A DNA stretch of 64,000 bases, from positions 186,001 through 250,000 of the forward strand of contig JAPDFW010000085.1 in the NCBI GenBank assembly GCA_028826165.1. The letters are read 5' to 3'. Positions 48,901-59,249 of the stretch are shown in pieces (positions within the stretch are counted from its first letter, which is position 1; the number at the start of each line of letters is the position of its first letter). The translations under genes and the position numbers were made by a program. The notes below the pieces were generated by a model. That model ran no database searches. It worked only from the letters and a program-made list of their open reading frames with translations, and was not told the DNA's origin. Origin of the DNA: Anaeramoeba ignava BMAN. Lineage: Eukaryota; Protista; Anaeramoebae.

Positions 48901-50215
48901 TATATTTAATTTGATTTAATATTTAATATTTTATATTTAATATTTTATATTTAATATTTAATATTTAATATTTTATATTTTATATTTTATATTTAATATT
49001 TTATATTTAATATTTAATATTCAATATTTTATATTTTATATTTAATATTTTATATTTTATATTCAATATTTTATATTTTATATTTAATATTTAATATTTA
49101 ATATTTAATATTTAATATTTAATATTTTATATTTTATATTTTATATTTTATATTCAATATTTTATATTTTATATTCAATATTTAATTTGATTTTATATAA
49201 AATAGGAACTGATCAATCAGATAGTTGGATGAATGATCTTTGGATTTTCAATCTTAGTATAAAAAAAATAATATAAATAAAAATAATACATTTTAAAATA
49301 AAAAATTTAATTTTTTCAATCAAAACAGAAACATGTATTTGGACAAATGTGATTCCAAATAACCCAAAAGAAGAATGGCCTAAACAAAGACAAGGATGCT
49401 CTCTTCATTTTTTTAATAATAGTAATGATTTATATTTATTTGGAGGATATGATGGGAATTCTCGATTGAATGATTTATATAAAATAAGAATTGGTATTTA
49501 TTATTTTAGATTTATATTTTGAATTTTAATTTGAATAAATTTTATAAATAAAAAAAAAACAAAAGATGAATTGATTCCTGATTCGGATATTATTCAAGAT
49601 TTCGATCAACTATTCCAAAACCAAGAAAATTGTGATATAACATTTAATACATCAAACAATAAGCAAATTCAAGCCCATTCACAAATTCTGCAAATTCGAC
49701 TTGGAAAAATTGCATTTGCAAATCTTGAGTTAGTATTAAAGATTCACACTTACGAAGAATCATATGATTTTTTGAGATTTCTTTATAGTTCTTTACTTCC
49801 ACCTAACAAATCAAAAGTGGAACAAATTTTGAATGAACTAAATTGTAGTGAATTACTTGAATCACCAAGAAATCAATTATTAAAAGCATTGGATTCAATG
49901 TATCATGAAAATAGTACAAAAGACTTTAAAATTATAGCAAAAAACGGGACTGTTTCTGCTCATCAATGCGTTTTAATGGCAAGAAGTGATCTATTTAGAG
50001 GCATGCTTATTAGTGTTAATGATGATTCTAAACAAGTTAAAGATTATTCAGGAAGAAGTTGTGAATCAATTAAAATTTTGATAAATTTTTTTTATACAAA
50101 CAAAATTCAATCAAATATCACAAAAGAAATCATTTCCGATTTAGGAGATGCAAAGGATTTTTATGGTCTTAATACGCTTTCCAAATTTGATGTTTTACTC
50201 AAAAAGAAAGTTTAA
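45955..50215 (+). CDS. Kelch-repeat plus tandem BTB protein (LZTR1-like architecture), multi-exon
   Basis: Kelch blades (IWIQGG, IYVFGG, IWIFGG, LIIFGG, FAIFGG, LYLFGGYDG) followed by BTBs (NCDITF...AHSQIL; KDFKI...AHQCVLMARSDLFRGM). Confidence 0.9.
46250..47703. repeat. Intronic (AAAATC)n hexamer
   Basis: Fills kelch-BTB intron 1. Confidence 0.92.
48208..49205. repeat. Intronic ATATTTT/ATATTTA heptamer repeat
   Basis: Fills kelch-BTB intron 3. Confidence 0.9.
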
Positions 50216-50330
50216 TCAGTTTTTCTTGTTTTTTTTTATTCTTTTTTTTTGTTCTTTTGAAAGAAAAAGAATAAAATTTTTTTTTTTTACAAATTTTTTT
50301 TTCATTTTTTTTCTTTTTCATTTTTTTTAA

Positions 50331-51164
50331 ATGCCTAGATTAACTGTAGAATTGATATTATCTTCACCTTCTTTTACAAATCCTTTAAATCAAAGGGAAC
50401 TTACATTAAGAGGTTAATTTTAAAAAGAAAAAGAAATTTAAATTTAAAAAGAAATTTAAAATTAAAATAAATTTTTTAGGAAATCGTATTTCAACAATTG
50501 AAAATTTGGGATCTACTTTAGATCAATATGAAGCAATTGATTTTATCAACAATGAAATTGTCAAATTGGATAATTTTCCACTTTTAAAAAGATTAGAAAC
50601 ATTATTATTAACAAATAATAGAATTAGTAAAATAGGACGAAATATTTGGGAAAATTTACCAAATTTACAGTCAATTGTTTTGAGTTCAAATTTAATTGCT
50701 GATTTTGAAGAGATTGATAATCTTTCCGGTTTTAAAAATTTATCCAGATTATCTTTGCAAAATAATCCCATTTGCTTAAAAGATCATTATAGACTTTATG
50801 TTATTTATAAAATTCCTTCATTAAAAACATTGGATTATAGAAGAATTCGTTTAGAAGAAAGAAAAAATGCTCAAAAAATGTTTGCAAATGAAAATGAGAA
50901 AAAATTTCTAATAAAAAAAGAGAAAGAGACAGAAAAAGAGATAGAAAAAGAAAAAGATGAAAATATTCCTAAGCAAATATCAAAAGCACAATTTCAAGAA
51001 ATTCAGGTATTTTTTATATAATAATTTTTTATTTAAATTTTAATTTTAATTTTTAATCAAAAAAAAAGAAACGAATTTTGAACGCTCAATCAACTCAGGA
51101 AATTGAAGAACTTGAAAAATTATTGAAAGAGGGAATAATTGAAGAAGATATTCAAAAGAAATAA
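50331..51164 (+). CDS. SNRPA1: U2 snRNP A' (LRR protein), 3 exons
   Basis: MPRLTVELILSSPSFTNPLNQRELTLR|GNRISTIENLGSTLDQYEAIDF...YRLYVIYKIPSLKTLDY. Confidence 0.95.
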
Positions 51165-51279
51165 AAATTTATTTAAAATTATTTTTTTTTTAATTTTCAA
51201 AAAAAATAAAAATCATTTTTTTTCTTTCTTTCTTTCTTTCTTTTTTCAAATAAAAATTTATTAAATTTGAAATAATAAA

Positions 51280-53611
51280 ATGAGAAAATTAAAATTTCAT
51301 GAATCAAAACTACTTAAAAAAGTGAATTTTCTTGAGTGGAAAAAAGATAATACAATAAGAGAAAATGAAATATTAAGGAGATATAGAGTTGATAATAGAG
51401 AAGATTATAAGCAATATAACAAAACTGTAGGAATGATTACAAAATTAGTTTCAGAATTAAAAAGATTAGATTCAACAGATCCTTTTCGAATTGAAATGTC
51501 AAAGAATTTAATAGATAAATTGTAATAAATTAAATAATAATTTATATAATAATTTCAATAATAATTTATATAATAATTTATATAATAATTTATATAATAA
51601 TTTGAATAATAATTTATATAATAATTTGAATAATAATTTATATAATAATTTGAATAATAATTTATATAATAATTTATAAAATAATTTATATAATAATTTA
51701 TGAAATAATTTATAAAACAATTTGAATAATAATTTGAATAATAATTTATATAATAATTTATATAATAATTTATATAATAATTTATATAATAATTTATATA
51801 ATAATTTATATAATAATTTATATAATAATTTATATAATAATTTATATAATAATTTATATAATAATTTATATAATAATTTATATAATAATTTATATAATAA
51901 TTTATATAATAATTTATAATAATTTATATAATAATTTAAATAATAATTTATAATAATTTATATAATAATTTATAAAATAATTTATATAATAATTTATATA
52001 ATAATTTATATAATAATTTATATAATAATTTATATAATAATTTTATATAATAATTTATATAATAATTTATATAATAATTTATATAATAATTTATATAATA
52101 ATTTATATAATAATTTATAAAATAATTTATATAATAATTTATATATAATAATTTTATAAAATTTATATAATAATTTAATAAATTTGAATAATAATTTATA
52201 TAATAATTTATATAATAATTTATATAATAATTTATAAATAATTTATATAATAATTTATGAAATAATTTATATAATAATTTATATAATAATTTCAATAATT
52301 TATATAATAATTTATATAATAATTTATATAATAATTTAAATAATAATTTTATATAATAATTTATATAATAATTTATATAATAATTTAAATAATAATTTAT
52401 AAAATAAACAAATAATAATTTATATAATAATTTATATAATAATTTATATAATAATTTATATAATAATTTATATAATAATTTATATAATAATTTATATAAA
52501 TTAAATAATAATTTATATAATAATTTATGAAATAATTTATAAAATAATTTATATAATAATTTATTTAATAATTTCAATAACAATTTCAATAATAATTTAT
52601 ATAATAATTTATAAAATAATTTATATAATAATTTATATAATAATTTATATAATAATTTATATAATAATTTATATAATAATTTATATAATAATTTATATAA
52701 TAATTTATATAATAATTTATATAATAATTTAAATAATAATTTATATAATAATTTAAATAATAATTTATATAATAATTTATTTAATAATTTATTTAATAAT
52801 TTATAAAATAATTTATATAATAATTTATGAAATAATTTATATAATAATTTATATAATAATTTATATAATAATTTATATAATAATTTATATAATAATTTAT
52901 ATAATAATTTATATAATAATTTATATAATAATTTATATAATAATTTATATAATAATTAATATAATAATTTATATAATAATTTATATAATAATTTATGAAA
53001 TAATTTATATAATAATTTATAAAATAATTTATATAATAATTTATATAATAATTTATAAAATAATTTAAATAATAATTTATGAAATAATTTATATAATAAT
53101 TTATATAATAATTTATATAATAATTTATATAATAATTTCAATAATAATTTATATAATAATTTATATAATAATTTATATAATAATTTATATAATAATTTAT
53201 ATAATAATTTATATAATAATTTATATAATAATTTATATAATAATTTCAATAATAATTTAAATAATAATTTAAATAATAATTTATATAATAAATTAAATAT
53301 TTGAAAGATATGATATGGGATTGATCGCAAGAAAGAAAAATTTATTTGAATGTGAAAAAATTTCAGTTTCATCTTTTTGTAGAAGAAGATTAGCAGTTGT
53401 TCTTGTTAGATTAAAATTTACAGAAAACTTAAAAGAATCAGTAACATTTATCGAACAAGGACATATAAGAGTAGGACCAGATGTTATTACTGATCCAAGT
53501 TATTTTGTAACTAGAAATTTAGAAGATTTTATTGAATGGACAGATTCATCAAAAATTAAACAAAAAGTTATGAAATATAATGATAAATTAGATGATTATG
53601 ATATTTTATAA
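51280..53611 (+). CDS. IMP3: U3 snoRNP protein IMP3; intron 51522-53307
   Basis: MRKLKFHESKLLKKVNFLEWK...; VSSFCRRRLAVV...FIEQGHIRVGP...DDYDIL. Confidence 0.97.
51522..53307. repeat. Intronic 12-bp satellite ATAATAATTTAT
   Basis: Fills the IMP3 intron. Confidence 0.93.
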
Positions 53612-53840
53612 AAAAATCAAAATGAAGAAAATAATTGAAATGATTTTTTTTACTTTTTTTTTGGATTAAAAATTTGAACAAAAGAAAAAAGAAAGAAATT
53701 AAACAAAAAGTTATGAAATATAATGATAAATTAGATGATTATGATATTTTATAAAAAAATCAAAATGAAGGAAATAATTGAAATGATTTTTTTTTTACTT
53801 TTTTTTTTGGATTAAAAATTTGAACAAAAGAAAAAAGGAA
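53553..53840 (+). repeat. About 143-bp tandem duplication of the IMP3 last codons plus 3' UTR
   Basis: AAATTAAACAAAAAGTTATGAAATATAATGATAAATTAGATG... occurs at 53553 and again at 53696. Confidence 0.9.
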
Positions 53841-53882
53841 AGAAAATAGAAATAAAAGAAATTAAAAGAAATTTTGTTTTTT

Positions 53883-54815
53883 TTAAAATTTGAATTGAGA
53901 TTTAGCAACTTTCCAAAATTCTCCCATAATTTTAGCAACATTTTCAGAATCTTTGTCAGTATATGGTTCTTCTTTATTAGCAAATCCAACTAAAAGAACA
54001 ATTCTTTTTTTTTTTTCATTATTGAAAATAGGAACATTCAAAGAGCGGATAATAGGGACATGACCAACAGGATAACCTTTTTTAAGGGGATTTGGTTTAG
54101 AATAGTCGTTGTCAATGATTGGTTTTCTTTGGCGAGCGGCTTCACCCCAAAGACCAGTTTCCTCGACGTTGTAAACAAGGGTTTTAGTGAGCATTTTGCA
54201 ATTTTTCATTGCGTTGGCTGACCAACATATACTGGAGAGCTTTTCCTGCTTTTTGTCCATCATGTAAGCATAGCCCATTGTTGATTTTGTAATCTTTACA
54301 GCCTCTTCCAAGCAAAACATAGCGATCTCACGAATGGAAATTTCTGGTTTTGCGATGAGAAGTTCAATTTTGGAATATTTTGTGTCGAAATCAATAACGG
54401 TTCTTAAGATGGCCTGGTAATACAGACCATCTTTTAAGTGGACGGGGTTAATCCAAACATAAACGTCGAGAGGGTCGTCGTCAAGATTCTTGTATTTCCA
54501 CTGGTAGTTTGATTCCCCTCTGGAGATAGCGGTTTGGAATCTTTGTTTGATTGTCTCGAAAATGTCGTTTTGATCTTTAAATGGTGGATCAAAGCTCATT
54601 GAAAATAAGTTGATTAGTGTTAGGCTCGCTATCTCTTCGTCTTCGAATCCGAAAAGATGAGCGAATGCGTTGTTGAAGCCTACATATACTCCGTTTGTGT
54701 CGAGAAGTGCGATTGCGTCGATTTGGTTTTCGATGATTTTTAAGTATTTTTGTGGTGTTTTTGAGGTTGTATTTCTTATTGAGGAGAGAAGGTCTTTTGA
54801 TTCTGATTGACCCAT
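53883..54815 (-). CDS. Putatively myristoylated PAS + GAF sensor protein, intronless
   Basis: MGQSES start; PAS (DAIALLDTNG...FNNAFAHLFGF); GAF (GLWGEAARQRKPIIDNDY...KKGYPVGHVPIIRSLNVPIF...ANKEEPYTDKD). Confidence 0.9.
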   Translation of the reverse strand: MGQSESKDLLSSIRNTTSKTPQKYLKIIENQIDAIALLDTNGVYVGFNNAFAHLFGFEDEEIASLTLINLFSMSFDPPFKDQNDIFETIKQRFQTAISRGESNYQWKYKNLDDDPLDVYVWINPVHLKDGLYYQAILRTVIDFDTKYSKIELLIAKPEISIREIAMFCLEEAVKITKSTMGYAYMMDKKQEKLSSICWSANAMKNCKMLTKTLVYNVEETGLWGEAARQRKPIIDNDYSKPNPLKKGYPVGHVPIIRSLNVPIFNNEKKKRIVLLVGFANKEEPYTDKDSENVAKIMGEFWKVAKSQFKF

Positions 54816-55217
54816 TTAACAAATAATAATAAAGAAATATGAAAAAATATAAAGAAATACGAAAAAGTGAAAAAAGAAAAAGTGAAAAAAGAAAAAAAGT
54901 GAAAAATGAAAAATGAAAAAAAGTGAGTTGTTAAAATAGATAAGGAATTTTTTTTTGGAATGGAGAATGAAATAAAAATAATAAATAAAAATAAAAATAA
55001 AAAAATTGTTTTGTTTTGTTTTGTTTTGGAAATTCATTGTTGAATCAAAAAGAAAAAATTGATTGAAAAATTGATTAAAAAATTGATTGAAAAATTGATT
55101 AAAAAATTGATTGAAAAATTGATTAAAAAATTGAATGAAAATTGATTAAAAATTTGATTAGAAAATTGATTAAATGTTTTGTTTTGTTTTGCTTTGCTTT
55201 GATTTGATCGATTGAAA

Positions 55218-58200
55218 TCACTTCTCTTTTCCAGTAATCCCTGCTCGATAAATATGAACAACCTTGCCATTAATCAAAGCCTTATTAACATGAACAAGAT
55301 CCATTGCAAATTGAACAGACTCAGGATTTGCGAAAGTAACAAAAGCATACTTAATCATACCAAGTTGTCGATGACGTTGCTTGTGGTTTTTCATGGTAAC
55401 ACGTTCAATAACACCGCAACGGTTTGAATAGAAAAGCTTTTTGACTTGCTCCTCATTTGTGCCAAAAATAAGAGGAGTGACATAGACTGTGCGCTCAAGA
55501 ACATCTGATTGAGTAACATCGATGTGTGAAGACATGTCCCAGTTGAAGTTGCGGACCTTGGAAGCCTCAGCAAGAATGGTGCTGATGTTGACGAGACCGA
55601 CGTTGGTGATCTTGTTGCTTGCGAGCGAAAGATACTGGAGTTGGCACTTATTCGAGGGATCTGCTATAACTTGCGCGATCTGTGAAGCACCCGAATCTTT
55701 GATAAGGTTGAGCTTGAGATAGAGCTTTTTGAGAGACGAGTTCTGCGCGAGAACCTTGGCGAAAATTTTTGCGCCTCGATCGCGAATTCTGTTGAGACCA
55801 AGATCAAGCACTTCGAGAGTCGAGTTTGTTTCGAGACCCTTTGAGAATTGTTCTGCGCCTGAGACGTCGATGAAGTTTCCGTAGATATTCAGGGTTTTCA
55901 AAGTTGTGTTTTCAGCAAGAACGGAGGTGAATGCACCTGCACCAATGGCTCCGATGTCGTTGGAGGTCAGGTTGAGATACGTGAGAGTCTTGTTCTTGGT
56001 GAGTCCGCGGCATAGTGCCTTGACCCCGAACTTGCCTGTCTGATTGTGCGAGAGGTCGAGATACTCGAGAGTGGTGTTTGTCTTGAGATTGTCGCCTATT
56101 GCCGTTGCAGCTTCGATTCCCAATTGGCATTTTATTAAGGAGATCTTAGTGATTGGAAGAAGGGAAAGAAATTTCGCACCAAGAATGGTTCCGTTCTTGT
56201 GCTCATTGCCGCCAACGCGGAGATTGTTTCCGTCGAGAATGATCTCGCAAAGCTTGGATTCGCGGACTTTTTTGGGGAATTGTGCGCGTTGGTCTTCGAG
56301 ACGCTTGCACAGCTGCTCAATACCGTTTCCTGTGATGGCGTTACTCTTGAGAACAAGCTTGCGCAGACACGAGTTGTATGCGAACATGTAACCCATGTCG
56401 GACATTTGTGCGTCGCCGAGTCCAGAGCGTGAGAGATCAATCTCCTCGATGGAGTAGTTGTGGGAGAGCGCCTGCATGACAGGGAAGGAAAGGAAGGGCG
56501 CGATGTGTGTCTTGCTGAGTTTGAGCGAACGGAGAGAGACTGTGATTTCGAAGAATGTTGTGAAGGCGTTGGTGATATTCGCTCCTGCGCTTTGACGAGC
56601 TCTGGCGAGATCAGAGAGATCAACGCTCTCGATGCACGAGCTGTATGAAATGTTCTGCACAACCTGAGACAGACCGTTGGATGTCATTGAATTGTGTCCG
56701 AGACGAAGAATGCGCAGATTCTTCTTCACAAGTAGGATCTCGGCAATTGATTTGGCTCCTTGATCTCCGATATTGCAACTGGAGAGATCAAGTTTCCGCA
56801 AATTAGGGAAACGTTCGTGTCTTCGCAATGCCTTTCCAAGATGCTCAGCACCGGAATCAGAAAGCACCTTGTTTCCGCCGAGAATCAGTGATTCAAGTTT
56901 TCCGCCTGAGAGTGTTTCGCTGAGCAGTTGCTTCACACATTTGAGATCAATATCGCAATCCCACATATCGAGCACTTTGATTGAGTCCGAATTGTGCTGT
57001 AGACCCTTGACAAGCGCGCGGAATCCTTTGACACCAAGACTGGACTCTCCTTTTGTGATCACAAGTGTTTCGAGGTTGCTTAGAAGTGTGATCAAAACGG
57101 TAAGGAAATTGTAGCGGGTCTTGAGATTGGATGGGTTGAATGTTGTGAATTCAAAACGAGTCAATGTGTCTTGTGAAAGTGTCAAGATTCGGTGAAGAAG
57201 CTGGAAGTTCGGATTGTCGTTGAACTTGCTGAGAAAGTCTTGCAGATTGTTCTGAAGAAACACATGTTTCCACGGATGAGTGATGGCTTCTGAGTAGTCC
57301 TGAGGAATACTCGTGATTCCCCAGCGCTCTTCGGAAAGCTGCTTGTAAATCTCCTCGTCGTCTCTCAGTTTATCCTTCTTGGGTTCAGCATTCTCAATGT
57401 TTTCGTTTGTTTTCTCGTCTTTGATCTCCACGCAGAACTTATCCAACGAAAACGTATCATCGAGCTTCTGCTTGGCCTCGTTGTCCTGATTCAGCAACGA
57501 TGGTCTTCCGCCGTGATACGCCTTTTTCTTGCTGCTTTCAATCGCGTCCACTAAGTATTTGAACAGATCTTGTGGAACAGGAATATTGAGCGATCCAAAA
57601 AATTGTTCGAAATTTGAAACTTCGCGGATCTGCTTGATCTTCGAGACAAAATTCTCCTCAGTCTCCATACTCGGGAATCCGAGCGCGCTGTTATACATAT
57701 CGAGGATATTCATCTGGGACATTTTCTGGGGACGGCCAATTTCGTTGAGGAAATAAACATGGAAAAGTAGCATGTGATAGGCAACGGAGGAGGATTGGAA
57801 GGCGGTGGAAACAAAATCCTCCGTTGTGTGTTTCTTGTTTGTTCCCTTCGCGATGGACTCGTAGTCCTCCATCCAGGCGTTTTTCTTGAGCATCCAGAAA
57901 ACGTGTCTGTCGCGACTCTCCTCCAAATACGCTGTCTGTATATCCTTCCAGGAGAGCTTTGTGAGTGTGAGTAGAGAGAGAAAGTCTCCGAGATTCGGGG
58001 TTGCGTCCTTAAGCCGCGCGTCGGGCTTGTCGAGAAAGGCCTGGGCTTGCTTCTCTGCTTGCTCGATGATGACAGGGTATTTTTTGCAGAACGCGAGAAG
58101 AAGATGATGGAAAGCGCAGTATCCGTGGAGATCCTTAACGGAGCCGTGGAGATTCCCCTTCATCACATTCGCGACCATCGTGTTCATGAGCTTGGGGATG

Positions 58201-59249
58201 ATATTGAGCACCATTGAAGGCGTGAACTGCTTGGTTGTTCCTGCGCAGATCAGACTCAGTGCGCGCTCGGCAAGATACATTGCTTTCTCAGTGTTTTTCT
58301 CGTTGAAAATGAGCGGGATCCAGTGCGTGAACGGTCCTCCGCTCGGCGCATCGCGCACTTGTGTGTTCATAAACGCTCTGAGCGACAAATAATCAAAATA
58401 ACATCTAACGGAAGAAATTTCTCCTGTTCGTGTATTTCGCGAAAATGAAACACCAACTCCTAGCGAATCTTCCTCCATCGTTTGGCGCGAGAAAAAACAC
58501 ACCAACTGCTCCTTCAGCGCCTCAATCCGCATCTTCTGTTTGTCTTTCACCTCGGTCTCGACTACAGGCCATGGATTTCGTGGCGGATTATGCTTGCATT
58601 CAGGCTCTGTGCACTTAGTCCGCTGCGATTGTTTCACCGCCCATTCCACACTCGCAAGCCATTGCTTCTTTTCCTGCTCGTATCGGCTCGGATCGTTGAT
58701 ATTCGCGAGCGCCGCGTCCACATTCGATTCAAAAAGAAACGTCTGCAATTGCAAAAGAAGCGACTGAATAGAAAACGCTGGTGACCATCCTGTTGTAACG
58801 GCTGCTTCTGAGTACTCGTACTCCTGCATCGCCCCGCGCAGAATTGTCGGAATGGAAATGCGGTTGTCGTTCATGCACGGATGCTTGATACGCACTAGTG
58901 ATGTTATTTCTGGTGGTTCTTTTGGATATGATGGTGTGAACCGCAAAAAAAAGTGGAAAATTCCTCCTTCCCATGGTGTATCCGGTGCCCCAAGGATATT
59001 CGCATGCCAGATAAACAAATTGTCTCCCAGTGGTTGTGCGGAGATGTATGGCACGGGGTGCTCGTTCATTTCCTTAAGATCCTTCATCAATCTCTTTACT
59101 GCTGTGCTCTCAACTCGTGAGCTCCATCCTAATTTCGGTTGTCTTCTTCCTCGTCTTTTTTGTGGTGATTTGCTTTCTTTTTGTGCTACTCTTCGTGGTT
59201 GTAATCCAAATGGTTTCACTCTTCCTCTTCCTCTTTGTCTTCTTTGCAT
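55218..59249 (-). CDS. 1343-aa UBC(E2)-fold + unknown helical domain + RNI-like LRR + C-terminal RRM protein, intronless
   Basis: KRLMKDLKE...WHANILG...PWEGGIF...YPKEPP...WSPAFSIQSLLLQLQ; about 28-aa LRRs (LxxLdLsxNxIgdxGa); RRM (TVYVTPL...YAFVTF). Confidence 0.92.
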   Translation of the reverse strand: MQRRQRGRGRVKPFGLQPRRVAQKESKSPQKRRGRRQPKLGWSSRVESTAVKRLMKDLKEMNEHPVPYISAQPLGDNLFIWHANILGAPDTPWEGGIFHFFLRFTPSYPKEPPEITSLVRIKHPCMNDNRISIPTILRGAMQEYEYSEAAVTTGWSPAFSIQSLLLQLQTFLFESNVDAALANINDPSRYEQEKKQWLASVEWAVKQSQRTKCTEPECKHNPPRNPWPVVETEVKDKQKMRIEALKEQLVCFFSRQTMEEDSLGVGVSFSRNTRTGEISSVRCYFDYLSLRAFMNTQVRDAPSGGPFTHWIPLIFNEKNTEKAMYLAERALSLICAGTTKQFTPSMVLNIIPKLMNTMVANVMKGNLHGSVKDLHGYCAFHHLLLAFCKKYPVIIEQAEKQAQAFLDKPDARLKDATPNLGDFLSLLTLTKLSWKDIQTAYLEESRDRHVFWMLKKNAWMEDYESIAKGTNKKHTTEDFVSTAFQSSSVAYHMLLFHVYFLNEIGRPQKMSQMNILDMYNSALGFPSMETEENFVSKIKQIREVSNFEQFFGSLNIPVPQDLFKYLVDAIESSKKKAYHGGRPSLLNQDNEAKQKLDDTFSLDKFCVEIKDEKTNENIENAEPKKDKLRDDEEIYKQLSEERWGITSIPQDYSEAITHPWKHVFLQNNLQDFLSKFNDNPNFQLLHRILTLSQDTLTRFEFTTFNPSNLKTRYNFLTVLITLLSNLETLVITKGESSLGVKGFRALVKGLQHNSDSIKVLDMWDCDIDLKCVKQLLSETLSGGKLESLILGGNKVLSDSGAEHLGKALRRHERFPNLRKLDLSSCNIGDQGAKSIAEILLVKKNLRILRLGHNSMTSNGLSQVVQNISYSSCIESVDLSDLARARQSAGANITNAFTTFFEITVSLRSLKLSKTHIAPFLSFPVMQALSHNYSIEEIDLSRSGLGDAQMSDMGYMFAYNSCLRKLVLKSNAITGNGIEQLCKRLEDQRAQFPKKVRESKLCEIILDGNNLRVGGNEHKNGTILGAKFLSLLPITKISLIKCQLGIEAATAIGDNLKTNTTLEYLDLSHNQTGKFGVKALCRGLTKNKTLTYLNLTSNDIGAIGAGAFTSVLAENTTLKTLNIYGNFIDVSGAEQFSKGLETNSTLEVLDLGLNRIRDRGAKIFAKVLAQNSSLKKLYLKLNLIKDSGASQIAQVIADPSNKCQLQYLSLASNKITNVGLVNISTILAEASKVRNFNWDMSSHIDVTQSDVLERTVYVTPLIFGTNEEQVKKLFYSNRCGVIERVTMKNHKQRHRQLGMIKYAFVTFANPESVQFAMDLVHVNKALINGKVVHIYRAGITGKEK

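Noticed and set aside
55218-59249. High GC of the intronless genes (also 23519-25225) as a sign of contamination or recent LGT
   Set aside because: The domains are eukaryotic (E2, RNI-LRR, RRM, RCC1, BTB) and GC falls to background at both ends within the same ORF.
55218-59249. Possible intein in the long ORF, since inteins are abundant in Anaeramoeba
   Set aside because: No N-terminal splicing block or LAGLIDADG motifs seen; the HN-S occurrences fall inside regular LRRs.
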